Source: Botryllus schlosseri (taxonomy: Eukaryota). Taken from it: 64,000 nt of DNA. Position 1 is the first letter of the stretch; each line of letters opens with the position of its first letter. A program made the position numbers and the translations under genes. The stretch spans positions 34,102,001 to 34,166,000 of the forward strand of contig CM119371.1 of assembly GCA_051294905.1 (NCBI GenBank). The letters run 5' to 3'. Below the pieces are notes generated by a model. The model did not search any database, was not told where the DNA came from, and worked only from the letters and a program-made list of their open reading frames with translations. Shown here piece after piece: positions 27,284-40,371 of this stretch.

Positions 27284-27833
27284 CAGGGGCGGGCAACTTC
27301 CCGGCGGGCCTGATATGGGAAAATGAAATAATTTGCGGGCCGAACTACAGAATCGGTACATTAATCGCGTATATATGCATCCTCGTATTTAATGTAAAGG
27401 TAAACTGCAAGTTTAAAGCATAGAGAATAAAACAGTATATTTAACGAATCTATTAACCTAATGTACTTTAACAGCTAATCAAGTCAATCAGACATATGTG
27501 GTCGATCAACGTTGCCAACGAGTTCTTTGAACTCTGGCTGCATGTCGGATGTAGGAAACCTTAGTAAAGACGGCACGCTAACATCGGTTTGATTGGAACG
27601 CAGCATTGTCTAGTTAATGTTCATGATGATCGAAAATATTTGTTCGCAATTACATGTAGACCCGAAAAGAACTAGTAGTTTCATGGCCATCTTTCTCAAG
27701 TTGGAAAACTTGAATTCATTCTGTGACGCATGAAATTTTTCAATACTTTTGGATTAAAATTTCACTTTCAGAATAGATACTCTCTGTGAGCCGCTAAAAA
27801 ATCCCGTCACGGGCCGTATGTTGCCCGCCCCTG
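27284..27833. mobile_element. Buster/Charlie-type hAT MITE, nested in a degenerate tagggtta-family MITE
   Basis: Termini caggggcgggcaac / gttgcccgcccctg; perfect TSD ttctagga. Confidence 0.9.
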
Positions 27834-28920
27834 TTCTAGGAAGATTTTCCCTCCTTTTTCAAGAAATCTAAAATGTCCTCCGAGGACGCCAAAATGTTCT
27901 CCCTTTTAGCAACTTGTCTTCCTTTATAGCTTTAACAGCCAGGCGATTGTATAGGCAGGACTGAAAAACGACAGAAACGACGCAAAATCCGGATTTTGAC
28001 GTCGTTGACTGCAGCAAGAAGCCGGTCGTCCGGGTGTCAATCTGGAAAAATGATCATTTCGTTTTAGTGAACACAACATTATTTCCAGTAAAAATTTTCA
28101 AATCACCCGTTTCATCCCTCGATGTTATAAGTTTTGCGATTCGTTAAAAGTGTCCTCTTTACCGAATCTCCAAATATGTTAAGACTGTCTCCTTCGAAAG
28201 ATTGATCAAGTCGGCACGCCCTAAGCTGTTTTCTTAGCGTCTCGGTCTTCGCAGTGTCTGGGCCACTGCACGCGAAGGCAATATTCTTAGCTGCACATTC
28301 ATATCAGCTGATTCTCCCTCGATGGATTGATGTCGCCATCGCCGAAGCCGTTTCAGCTGGCGAGGAATAGTGATGTTTGTCAAAGGTGATTAGTTTATTT
28401 TGAAACAACAACAAAAGCATTCAGCAACAGAAACATTTTGAAACTGAAATCAAATAGACCATTTGAAAATTTTTACTTAGCGTTCTTCCAAAATATGAAA
28501 TCAGATCTAGGGCCGTAAAATATGAACTGGCGAACGGCGTGTTATTGACCCCTGCTCTAAGCCAGAGGGGGTGTCTGAATAAAAGACTACTCCAAGTCGT
28601 TTCGGAACCCTCTATCTTTTCATTATATCGCAATCTAGTGGTGTTTCGATTAGCATTACTGAAATTTCAAAAATTTTAAAATCTCGCCATTTTCCTTTGG
28701 GGGCAGGTTGCTCCCCGGATTATGTGTGTGTTGACCAGTTTCACTGTGAATAAATAATGTTAATACTATGTATAACAATATATGTGGGTGTGATTCGCAT
28801 AATTTTTGCCACACAAACGAGATGAACGAGTAACACAATTTCAAGCAGGCAGAAAAGTAAATTTCACACGTAGATTTTTGCCGCCCGGGCCTCTGATTAT
28901 TTTCCGTATTCCACTACCAC

Positions 28921-29327
28921 TAGGGTTACCATACGTCCTCTTGTACGAGGATTTGTCCTCTTTTTTGACTTTTTTGAAAGTGTCCTCGGAGGACGCCCAT
29001 TTTTGAGATTTTGTCCTCTTTTTTGAAAATTTAGGTCAGATTTAGCACAGAAGTGGCGCTCCGGCGGGTATTTCGTAGCGAAAAACGGTGATTTCAGCTA
29101 TGAGCGAATAGATGACCTTTTTTTAGTCACAGACCTAGCAATGCGCAGAGAAAAACGGTATTTTGAGCTCTGAGCAGAAAGATGACCTGTTTTTTTTTTT
29201 TTTTTTAGTCAACCGATCACAAAGTGGGAAAAATTCACCGGTTTTTGAGAATTCTACTCTGGTTTTGCAAGTCTGAAATTTCTGAAAAAGTGTCCTCTTT
29301 TTAGATTTCCAAAATATGGTAAGCCTA
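28921..29327. mobile_element. hAT MITE (tagggttaccata family)
   Basis: Termini tagggttaccata / tatggtaagccta; perfect TSD actaccac; gtcctc repeats. Confidence 0.9.
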
Positions 29328-29704
29328 ACTACCACACAAACTTTCCACACATCCCCACGGTTTAGCGGAGAACTATTGCTGCAAATTCGCTTGTGATGGA
29401 ACAATGACGAACATGTCCGTTCATCCATTTAATGGAAATACTCGACGCTTTATCGCCACCACGCGTCTTAATTTAGTAGCATGTTTATCGATGATACATA
29501 ATCAAGTTTTAAGTGGCCAGCATAGCAGCGGAACGATCCGCTGCATCTAACATCAATAAAGAGTCCTATCAACGTCGACTTCTCATCTCCACCCGTTATC
29601 TACGTCGGATATTTGGAAATATAAAAAAATCTACCTGACGTAAAATGACAATTGACGTCGAAGAACCATGAACACCAAACAACAACAACAACAACAACAG
29701 TACA

Positions 29705-29870
29705 GGCTCGTCCTCGCTATCTCATCCGTGTAAGCGGTTTCTTACAAAAGCCTAGAAGCGGGCCGTGCTACAAGTCGGCAGATACGGAATCAAAAATAAG
29801 GAATATCGGCCTGGTGTAAATATGACCATAGTAGTAGACCAGCACCATGAATACCAAAACACCAAACAAC
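29705..29870 (+). mobile_element. 5'-truncated copy of the tRNA-derived SINE
   Basis: Matches the body and tail of 53065-53224. Confidence 0.7.
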
Positions 29871-29966
29871 AGTGACAACAACAATTCTTTGGAGCCAACT
29901 TTCCATGCCGAAGAAAATCGACCTGAATGTCAGTTTATTTCTTATTTGTGGTTGGTGATATAGGCC

Positions 29967-30236
29967 CAGAGGTGGTCAGTAACGAAGTACTACTACTTTT
30001 TGAAGTACTTGAAGTAGATTTTGCCTACTCACACTACTTTTTAAGTAGTTATTATCTTTGACTACTTCTACTTCTACTTCTACAGTTTTCAGTTTTGTAG
30101 GCAAAATAAGCGTAAAATACCTACTTACTTACTTACTTACTTGTGAACCAGCACTCCTACTTCTACTTGAGTAGAAATTCCGGCGTTACTTCTACTTCTA
30201 CTTGAGTAGCGACGATGACTACTTTGACCACCTTTG
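29967..30236. mobile_element. hAT MITE with (CTACTT)n arrays, second copy
   Basis: Homologous to 7452-7717; perfect TSD tataggcc. Confidence 0.9.
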
Positions 30237-30879
30237 TATAGGCCTAGGTGTGGAAGGGATATTATTTTTAATTTATATCACCATCGATTTCACGCGGTTC
30301 GATAATAAAATTGACCAATTTCTAGCACGTCAGCATCATATTTTGTCATTGATCAGCAATGTCTTTATCCAAACTATATCATAGTCCCTTTTCAAAATGT
30401 AAATGCGTGGATAAACAGCACGCACAGTTCAGGCATACCTAGAACACGATGATTGGTCGATTGGTCATGGCGAAGCGACGAAATATTCTACGGTAAATTC
30501 TATTATTTCAAACATTGGTCAAAATTTCAATTTCCGAGTTTGCTGATCCGGAAGATGGTGCTGATGGATCGAAGCAATATTCTCCGAGATAGCTTTAAGT
30601 TGGTGAAATCATATCTGGTAGCTGGTGCTAGTAAGTCTGCTGCCAGATTGACTGCCATACTCACGTTCATAATTAGTTAGAAAGCATTGTCACCGTGACT
30701 TTACCACTAAATTTCGATTTGATACGTGCCGACTACGGTTATATTCACAAACTCTCTGTTTTCGCGCACCACCTTCTTCGGCTCTTCGGGTATGAATTCA
30801 AACTCTTTTTGCTAAGAGTGTAGGTCTCAACCATTTGATAATATATACAGATTTTACGTGATTGAGCAAACACCATAAC

Positions 30880-31233
30880 CATAGTGTCCTATATGGTGTA
30901 GACACAAGTAAATCTCACGGCTCAGTGAAATTGGTCTACGTCACACTTTCCATTTGGCTAAAGGCAATTCGATGTTTGCGTCACAATAGCAAACCCCGTT
31001 ACAATCCACCATTCGAAACTGACTTTGGGGGATTCCGTGACCACGAGCAGAATAAAATTTATATTTGCGCAATCAGTGCCGCGGTAGCTTTCGATTGATA
31101 CCCGTTTTACCAAATTTTGCGCTCGAAAAGCCGGTCGAAAATTACCGTCAAAAGCCAAATGGAGAGTGTGACGTAGACCAATTTCACTAAGCCGTGAGAT
31201 TTGCTTGTGTCCACACCATTGCAGGATATCATG
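30880..31233. mobile_element. Foldback MITE with long TIRs starting CATAG (superfamily unassigned)
   Basis: About 80-bp inverted termini catagtgtcctatatggtgt...ccatttggc; related arms at 40190-40371, 48848-49020 and 49279-49451. Confidence 0.75.
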
Positions 31234-33391
31234 CCATAAAATCTCAGAAAAACGGTCTGGATCTGATTAGTGGTCGTCCGCACGCTCTACATTTCGATGA
31301 AACTCAAGTTCAAGTCCGAATTAGTGACGAGATTACCGTTACGACAGCATAGGAATTTACTTTCAAACTTTTGGGTATACTTTGTGGAAGGTGGATTCGT
31401 GATAGTAAGGTCGCGATATATCCCGATCGAATTGTGACTAAATGGCTTTATTATTGTGGGACCTGTAAGAGCACATCAGTTTTTAACACTGAAGATATGG
31501 CGCACACGACAAATCCCCTGTATAGTGAACTTCTATTTCATGCCAACATGACGTCACGATCCTTCAATTTTTATTTCGCAGTTGACATAGTTACGTTGCT
31601 TCTTGTCAATTACAAGGCCATGGTTTTATCGCTGCCGATCTCATTGGCACCGCAGTTTGCCCAGCCGCATGTTAGCAAAAAATCCATGTCTTAATGTGTC
31701 CCTGCGCTAAGGGGTTGTCCTCAAAATACCTGTGTCTCGATTCCCGCACCCACTCGTTGCACACCGCTATATTATAGAATCCAAACGGTCTCCATCAGTG
31801 TTTTCCATAGAATGCAATGTCGAAGAAATATTATAATAAATTCAAACCAATTTGTGTGACACAAAGGTTGGTGTATTTTCATGATGAAGTAATATTGAAC
31901 AGAAGCGTCTTTTCTTGGTGTCCCGCTAATTGGCTATAGAATCTAACTCAGTGGCCTCGGATATGTATAGACATGAACAGAATTTCAACACATAATACTT
32001 AAATATATTAAAAGGTCGCTCTGATGCTGGCACGGCCCACAATTACACCACTCGTCACTCATTCTTGGGTCGCGACCCCTACTTTAAAAACCGGGCCTTA
32101 AAAGGAGGAAAATTCGCAGTACTTTTTGCTAACATGAGTCTGTAATAATTATATATACTACTATCTTCGTGCCTCATGTTATTCGAATCATAATTACGAA
32201 ATTATAATGATTGATTAAGAAAAGATAGCAGGAAGTAAATTTTACATCATTTTCTCGCGCGTCGTGGGGTCAGATGTGCTGGTTCAGTGTATCCCTGATA
32301 TACCCGCTTTCTAATCAGAATATTAATTTACCACGGCTGCTGCGAGACAGAATTATTGTAAAAGCTACGATTATGGTAGTGCGTCAGAAGTCAAACAAGC
32401 TTTGTACAAATGCGTCTCAACGACGAAAGTTACGGAGATACTGTACGTAAATTTCCTATCCAGTTTATGTGAATATTCCCCGCCAGAAGAGTAACAAAAT
32501 GTACACAAATTTCATCCACACCAATCTGCACACCGTGTGACATCCGCACTGCGATTTGCTTCATCTGCACAAGTTCGTAAACCATCCGACAGGTTGAAAA
32601 GCATCGTTGGATTATGGTATAAAAGTTGGCTGTCACTAGTCTGGTTCCATACTCACACAGTTTTCGGCTATAACTTTTCACTAGTTTACTTCCATTTACC
32701 TGCAGAGAGTTTTCAGGCACGCTAAAAGAGCCGTCGAATGGTACTACTCGACCTCCATAACCACAGGTATTCCTGTCACGCTATAATAGCCGTTGAATGT
32801 TACTGTACTTAATTTGAAAATTACATGGTCAGTTACTTTGTAAAATGGGTTTCATTGAAATATCTATTCGTAGACTTCACATACTGTTGTGCCGTTAACT
32901 CATGATAGGGAGCACACGAAACGCCGTCGCCCATCCGTTTGACGATAGTCTGCAAGAATTCTCTTTCCCGGTTTTCAAAAGCGGTCTTGACGGCTTTGAG
33001 CATAACTAATATCCCTCATCTTAGCATTCATATACAGAAATTGACTGTACCTATTCATAGAAACAAACAACAGCTGTCGTCTATTATATTTCGTGGCATA
33101 TTTAGAGGTCAATCAGAGCCGTAACAAGACTATCTTGGAGCCGCGGTTGGGAATCATTGATATAGATTAACAGAAAGCTTTCACGGCCGCTGTTTAGATA
33201 GTTTCAAGCTTTCAAATCGTCGCGACCGAAGTGCACTAGGCAACAGAAAGCGGACGAGTCACGCTATAACTTATCACGGAGTGTCGGAGGGCGCATTAGT
33301 TGCTATCGTTACAACCTATTCTATTTGAATTAGAAAAGTGACGAGTACTGCTGTAAAGACAACCGCAATGTACAATGTACATACTATTATT

Positions 33392-33564
33392 TACGAGGGG
33401 TGGGTGATTACTTAAGTGTGTCTCTACAATATCTGCAGTTACTGAACCACCGGTACCGATGAGGGGCGGATGATTACTTAAGTGTGTCTCTGCAATGACT
33501 GCAGTGGTGCACCGGCGGTTCAGTAATTGCAGACATTGTAGCGACACACTTAAGTATTCACCCG
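33392..33564. mobile_element. Small foldback element, possibly Tc1/mariner-derived
   Basis: Begins tacgagggg; about 50-bp inverted arms with an internal about 66-bp tandem duplication. Confidence 0.5.
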
Positions 33565-33842
33565 TTTGTCATTTCCAAACCCCTATTTGATTCCTTTAAT
33601 ACGCGTTAGAACGCACATACCAAAATACAATCTTTATTCATCTCCACAGCACTTATTTAATACATGCACTGAAGACATTAACAATAGTCATGCGACGAAA
33701 GAATTAATATGCACTTTTTGTGAAGCATCGCCCACCAATTCCTGCTTCCATACTCACACAGTTTTCCGCTATAACTTTTCTCTAGTTTACTTCCATTTAC
33801 CTGGAGTTTTCAGCCACGCTAACAGAGCCGTAGAATGGTACC

Positions 33843-35227
33843 ACTCGACCTCTATGGCCACAGATATTCCTGCCACGCTATAATAGCCGTTGAATGATAC
33901 TGTACTTCGTTTAAAAATTACATGGTCAGTTCCTTTGTCAAATGGGTTTCATTTAAATACCTATTCATAGTCATGCTGTCCTGTCGTTAACTCGTGATAA
34001 GAGCACTCGAAACGCCGTCGAGTTGATAAATTATATTGTAATGAATGTAGTCCTGAGAGTAATTGAAAAAAATGTACAATTTCAAAAAATGTAGCTATAC
34101 ATTTTTCCGCGTTCTCCGCAATGGTTGGCTTGGAACCGTTATCCACTTGATGACAGTATAGAATCAGAAATCATGACAGTGCAAGATTTAACGAACCAAT
34201 CAAAAACGCAGGGGTTTCCAACACGCGTTCCGCCTCTACATTTCGCGAAACAGTTCAACAGTATGCGTTTATGCCTTCCACAATTCTGATATATTATTGA
34301 ATTCCGGCACTATCTGATTTCGAGCCGGTATTTTACAACTGTTTTGCGGGTATAATTAGGGTTACCATATTTGGGAATCGGGAAAGGAGGACACTTTTTC
34401 AAAATGTTCAAACTTAGAATACTGGAGTAAAATCCGGAAAAACGATAAATTTTTCACAATATTATGGTTGGTTGACGAGAAAAGGCCGTCAGCACTTTCG
34501 TTCGAACCACAAATTTCCTATTTAGCGGCATTTATGTCCATTTTCACTCGAATCTATCAACTATCTTATGTTAAACCAAAACTGACGGAGCATGCACAGG
34601 TCCCCGCTGTTCTATTCGTTTCTTCGAGGTGTGAGCAACAGCACGCGCTCCCCAATATCCAAATAAATCTCCCGATATTCCATTGGGACGTAAAATAGGC
34701 TAAATGGTTCGAGTTGATAACGCACAGGTTCGCCTCGCGCTTTACAGGCGCCAGCATTGTCTTCGGACGATGGAACGTTAGTGCTGGCGTACCTCTTCGT
34801 CCATAACTTGGCCGTCTTTGAGTATAACAAAGGGTCCTGTCGATACATAACTGCACTCTCGGTATCCAAATGACTGTTGGCATCGGCAGCGGCAAGCAGG
34901 GAACACATTGATGAAGCAATTTCGACGTCGTAGTGATTGGTGACCATTGCTTCTGCAAAATATCTGTGCATATTGTCCCACTTCCGCTAACATTGAAATG
35001 AAATATCTTGGTCTCGAATCGCATTTTCGGCGGTTTAAACGGATATCTCGCTGAATATTCTATTAATATTTTAAACAATCCGCCTTCAAACGGCGTTCCT
35101 TCTGGTCCTTCGATAGTTGCCCACCGTCGGTACAGATCTGAATCGTCGACCGGCCCCGCTCTAATCGGTAAATTGCTGGGCTCCCGCTGGAATTTTTTGT
35201 ACACGTATCAGTCGCTTTAACGCCATG
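33843..35227. repeat. About 1.4-kb direct segmental duplication of 38006-39410 (E2 plus 3' flank); further partial copy at 32645-32930
   Basis: Continuous alignment by eye of the CDS, the shared MITE fragment and the flank. Confidence 0.9.
34590..35226 (-). pseudogene. E2 copy 2, pseudogene (duplicate of copy 3)
   Basis: Aligns to 38684-39409. It has a 2-nt deletion at codon 7 and a 1-nt deletion near 34912, and HPN is changed to HFN; ORFs 34566-35204 and 34612-34971 are the two broken frames. Confidence 0.9.
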
Positions 35228-36281
35228 CGCGCGCCACGGCGGTTCCAGATGTAAACGAAATCATTGTACTATCTAGTGATTTAACTAAAAATAACTGGAA
35301 AAATATCAAGCATTGTTGACTTTATGGATAGAAATCGACTTAAAATGGAACACAATTATGTACTTATATATTATGATCCCAAACTTCATTGCTAATGATG
35401 TTAACTTCTGTCTTGCTACTAAGCTGAAGTAGAAGTAATATATGTAAATTTCTACTCAAGTAGCAGTAGCGATCTCCAAGTAAAACAGTAAGTATTCTAG
35501 GCATAGTTTTGCTTGAAAAAAATGAAAACTGTGAAGTAGAAGTAGTCTAAAATTTTAACCATTCGAGGATAACTTACTTGAGTACTTTTACAAAGTAGAA
35601 CTACTTCTTTATTGACCACCTGTGGTATTCATTCAAAGATGGAATGTCAATTATTTCCAAATGAACAAAATCATGATGGCACATCCATATTGGTAGCTGC
35701 CACGCCCAATCTAGACTATTCACAGGCCAGACTCAAATGGCGATTGTAGGCTAGCCGCTGTCTTGATATATTGAGTCGTTCTGTCAAGATATTTAGAGCT
35801 GAATTGACAGAGAGTGTTGTGAGTCACAGGCCGGCAAAGTGCTGACCTGATTTTTCATGAACTGACCATGTCATGTTCCATCCTGAAGCTGAGTATCATA
35901 TCCTGAACAACATCATGAAAGTTCAGAAAGCTAGTACACAAGCCTCAAGTTCCACAGATTATTATCACATAATATATAGAATAACAGTACACCTTGGTTC
36001 TGGTAAAGAGGCACTTCGGCACCAAGAATCCAAAGCAGGTACCTTCATGTGGCATACTACAGACTGATTGCTTTCACGATGTACAAACAACTCGATTGGA
36101 CGCAAAGCTCTCACAACCCATAATAATTGTTTTGCTAACAACGTTTGAGTGCACGGCACACTTTGTCTATCATATTATTTGTTCGAACGACCGCAAAGAA
36201 CATCGAATATTTACATGGTGTTCTTCCAGTGTGACAAGCTCGTATTTTATCGCTATAGTTATTGGTTGCATACCATGTTAC

Positions 36282-37849
36282 CAGACATGGGGTGATTACT
36301 TCATGAATGTAATCGATTGCGATTACGATTACTTCTGAATCACGCGATTACGATTACGATTACAGCAAAATCTGGAAGTAGTCGATTACGATTACGATTA
36401 CATTGGAAAAGTAATCACGATTACTCACGATTACATTTATTTTGCATCTTAGTAGTTATATTGGAAGACAATACATGGATTGCGCTGTAAAGGCCAATGA
36501 TATAACAACTGTCTTTAAAAAAGATGGGACATGTCCTTGTTACGTCATAATGTACCCAATGTCCATTTTATAGAGGACGGTTTATCGCACCTAATGATTT
36601 GCATTCTTGCCAGGTCCATAACTGCCGCACCCCAATTCCCCAATAGGGTGGGGAGCGTGGTTGGAGGGGACTCAAAAGTATTTTGTAAACCAACATAAAT
36701 TATAGAGTATTTTAGAGAGATTTCATTAACTTGGAATTTCTCTTTGAGCTTTGCGATTTAAATTTCTCTAGATAGCTTGACTTCGAAATGCATACGTCTC
36801 CCCCTCAAGAAATAAAGCATGCATAATAGGCCTTTAGGTGCCAGTCAATACCGCTCCTCGACACATCAAAAGACATATGCAGTTTCGGCCAACATAAGAC
36901 TCCACGAAGTGTGCTATTAAAGAAAGACACTGGCCAAAACTTAGGGTATGTGTCCATTGTTAATAGCCGGGCTTGGTGGGCATGACTAACAGTCCATTCC
37001 TTCCAATCTGAGCCCACGATGCAAATGCCACCCGGGCGATTGGCGCCCGTTTTGAGTAGAATAATATGAGAATAACAGAAAGTGAACGTAAAATACTGCC
37101 TTCAACTTAATGCAGATAATGTAATGCAAGCTGCCATTACGAGAAACGGCAAAACAACGGCCCAGTTATGATAACCGTTGTGGAAACCGTAATGTTTTAT
37201 TTGACGAGCACAAAATTTTAAACCTTTGTCTGCTGTACGTTCGTATACTATATAGGCCTACTGCTCGCCAAGCAGCAACGGTGAAACTGCATTTAACTAT
37301 GCAATTAAAACTAGTACATTCTATAGTTTAACTAAGCATAACCATGACCAAACATCAATACAAAAGTTGCTATTTTAACTTAGGCAGAGAGGTGATTATG
37401 ATCAATTATCCTGATGCGAGGTAGTGGCGTCTGAAATGTATTGATAAACCGATATACAGCACGATGGGTTTTCTTACAACCACACTAATGTACATCGAAT
37501 ATCTATTTACTATGTGTGGACACTTCCTACGCAAAGACGAGCAAAGCTAATAGGCTACCTCTGACGTAATAATGAGCAGTGGCATTTGAAAATCAGACGT
37601 TTGTGCTCTCAATAACTGGTATAATATCTCTTCCTTGTACACGAGTGTTCAGTTTATGTCACAGTCCTTGTACAAATAAAAAGTAATCGTTCTTTCACAA
37701 AGAAATCGATTAAATATGGGAATTAGTCGATTACGATTACGATAACTTCGAGATTTTTTCTAATGTAATCGATTGCGATTACGATTACTTGAAAATGCTG
37801 TAATCGTCGTAATGGATTACGATTACTAATCGCGATTACCCCATGTCTG
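36282..37849. mobile_element. Non-autonomous hAT element with (CGATTA)n subterminal arrays
   Basis: Termini cagacatggggt / accccatgtctg; perfect TSD catgttac; a degenerate right end of this family lies at 10227-10564. Confidence 0.9.
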
Positions 37850-38683
37850 CATGTTACAGACATTCAGTCTGCTTCCAAAGAACTTGTGCCCGGCAACGAT
37901 GAACAATATAAACGCGAGGTGAGGTCATTATACGCGACATACCGGTACGCGCCTCTCGACTCACGTGACTTCATGTAACATGAAATAGACAAGCCGAATA
38001 ACTATACTCGACCTCTATGACCACAGATATTCCTGCCACGCTATAATAGCCGTTGAATGTTACTGTACTTCCTTAAAAAATTACATGGTCAGTTCCTTTG
38101 TCAAATGGGTTTCATTAAAATATCTATTCGTAGTCATGCTGTCCTGCCGTTAACTCGTGATAAGAAGCACACGAAACGCAGTCGAGTTCATAAATTATAT
38201 TGTAATGAATGTAGTCTTGAGAGTAATTAAAAAAAATGTACAATTTCACAAAGCACACTCCTACACTACTCCGAGTTCTCCGCAATTGGCTTCGAACCGT
38301 TATCCTCATGATGACAATATAGAATCAGAAAACATCACAGTGCAAGATTCAGCAAACCAATCAAAAACGCAGGCGTTTCCAATACGCGTTCCGCTGCTAC
38401 ATTTCGCGAAACAGTTCAACAGTATGCGTTCATGCCTTCCACAATTCTGATATATTATTGAATTCCGACACTACCTGATTTCGAACCGGTATTTTACCAA
38501 CTGTTTTGCTGGTATAATTAGGAACACCATATTTGGGAATCGGGAAACGACTATTTTTCAAAATTTTCAAACTTAAAATACTGGAGTAAAATCAGGAAAA
38601 AATGATAAATTTTTCACAATATCATGGTTGGTTGACAAAAAAGGTCTTCACTTTCGTTCGAACCACGAATTTCCTATTTAGCG

Positions 38684-39409
38684 TCATTTATGCCCATTTT
38701 CACTCGAATCTATCCTCTGTCTTATCTCTAAACTAAACTGACGGAGAGGAGCGGAAAGGCACATGGACGAACATGCACAGGATTCCCATTGTTCTTCGTT
38801 TCTTCGAGGCGTGAGCAACAGCACGCACTCTCCAATATCCAAATAAATCGCCCGATATTGCAATGGGACGTAAAATAGACCAAATTGTTCGGGTTGATAA
38901 CGCACAGGTTCGCCTCGCGCTTTACAGGCGTCAACAATGTCTTCAGACGCTGGAACGTTAGTAGTGGCGTACCTTTTCGTCCATAACTTGGCTGTCTTTG
39001 AGTATAACAAAGGGTCCTGTCGATACATAGTTGCACTCTCGGTATCCAAAAGGTTGTCGGCATCGGGAGCAGCAAGCAGGGAACACATTGATAAAAGCAA
39101 TTTCAACGTCGTAGTGATTGGTGACCATTGCTTTTGCAAAATATCCGTGCATATTGTCCCACTTCTGCTAACATTGGGATGAAATATCTTGGTCTCAAAT
39201 CGCATTTTCGGCGGTTTAAACGGATATTCCGTTGAATATTCGATTATTATTTTAAACAATCCGCCTTCAAACGGCGTTCCTTCGGGTCCTTCGATAGTTG
39301 CCCACCATCGGTACAGATCTGAATCGTCGACCGGCCCCGCTCTAATCGGCGAATTGCTGGGCTCCCGCTGGAATTTCTTGTACTCGTACTGTAGTCGCTT
39401 TAACGCCAT
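38684..39409 (-). CDS. Intronless UBE2D/Ubc4-like E2 (copy 3); HPN and catalytic Cys intact; about 90-aa C-terminal extension
   Basis: 241-aa ORF starting MALKRL, with GPEGTPFEGGLF, YPFKPPK, FHPNVSRSGTICTDIL and WTKRYA. Confidence 0.92.
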   Translation of the reverse strand: MALKRLQYEYKKFQREPSNSPIRAGPVDDSDLYRWWATIEGPEGTPFEGGLFKIIIEYSTEYPFKPPKMRFETKIFHPNVSRSGTICTDILQKQWSPITTTLKLLLSMCSLLAAPDADNLLDTESATMYRQDPLLYSKTAKLWTKRYATTNVPASEDIVDACKARGEPVRYQPEQFGLFYVPLQYRAIYLDIGECVLLLTPRRNEEQWESCACSSMCLSAPLRQFSLEIRQRIDSSENGHK

Positions 39410-39460
39410 GTCCTGTTTCGCGATAAACTAGTTTGAAGATAAGTGTCACCTTCCACCGCA

Positions 39461-39498
39461 TTATATACAGCAGAGAAGAGATATCCTAGGGAATTCCC
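39461..39498 (-). promoter_or_regulatory. Putative promoter of E2 copy 3: TATA box and palindromic kappaB site
   Basis: TATATAA on the minus strand at 39461-39467; GGGAATTCCC at 39489-39498. Confidence 0.55.
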
Positions 39499-39967
39499 CG
39501 GGTACAGCGTACGGCCGTACGCGCAATCTGGCCAATTTTGAAAAATAACAAATTAGCAATGCCTTCTTCAGTTCCTTCCATCTACTCAATACTGACAGAA
39601 AGTGATAGCAGTTATTGCTCCAGCGTCAGCCACACGATCAATGATCGATCATACGCGAAAAGACATGTCTGTTAATGACTAGCCGCAACACACATTATAG
39701 AGGATAATGCTTGAAATAAAACAGGAAGTAGATGCTAAAAGCTGCAGAAATGTATTTAGAAATATGATTTAATGACGCGTTTCTAAATCTATGTCAGGTA
39801 TATTTCAATGTTATATTCTATACACAATTCAGTAGCCAATAACCTCCTGTATATAAATCGCAGGTAATATAGCGATCACTATTCAGCATTTTCATACCTT
39901 GTGGGATTTACGTAACTGTTGTAACATGACGTGTTCCCTGATGCAAATCATAAGTTGTGGAATACAG

Positions 39968-40371
39968 AATTTCATTCTGCTCGCGGCCCCAGAACCCCCA
40001 CAATCAGCCTCGAATTTTTCATTGTTATGGAGATTGGCATTGGGACGCAACAATGCTGTCCGCTCTTCTTCTCCTGAGCTACTCTCTCGTTTCGCCAGAC
40101 AGCATTGTTTCGTCCCAATGCCAATCTCCATAACAATGAGAAATTCGAGGCTGCTTGTGGAGGTTCCAGGGCCGCGAGCGGAATGAAATTTATATTTTCG
40201 TAATCAGTGCAGAGTCAGCTTTCGATTGATACCCGTTTCACCAAATTTAATGCTCGGCAAGCCGGTCAAAAAAGACCGTTAAATTGCCTGTAGCCAAATG
40301 GAAATTGTGACGTGATACAGTTTCACTGAGCCGTGAGATTTGCTCGGGTCGACACCATATAGGACACTATG
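39968..40371. mobile_element. Partial CATAG foldback element with a long central hairpin
   Basis: Arms 39968-40060 and 40098-40190 are reverse complements; the right arm continues to the ...taggacactatg terminus. Confidence 0.75.

Noticed and set aside
33392..33564. CRISPR-like spaced repeats (also 61330-62355)
   Set aside because: Eukaryotic context, no cas genes, and no unique constant-length spacers.
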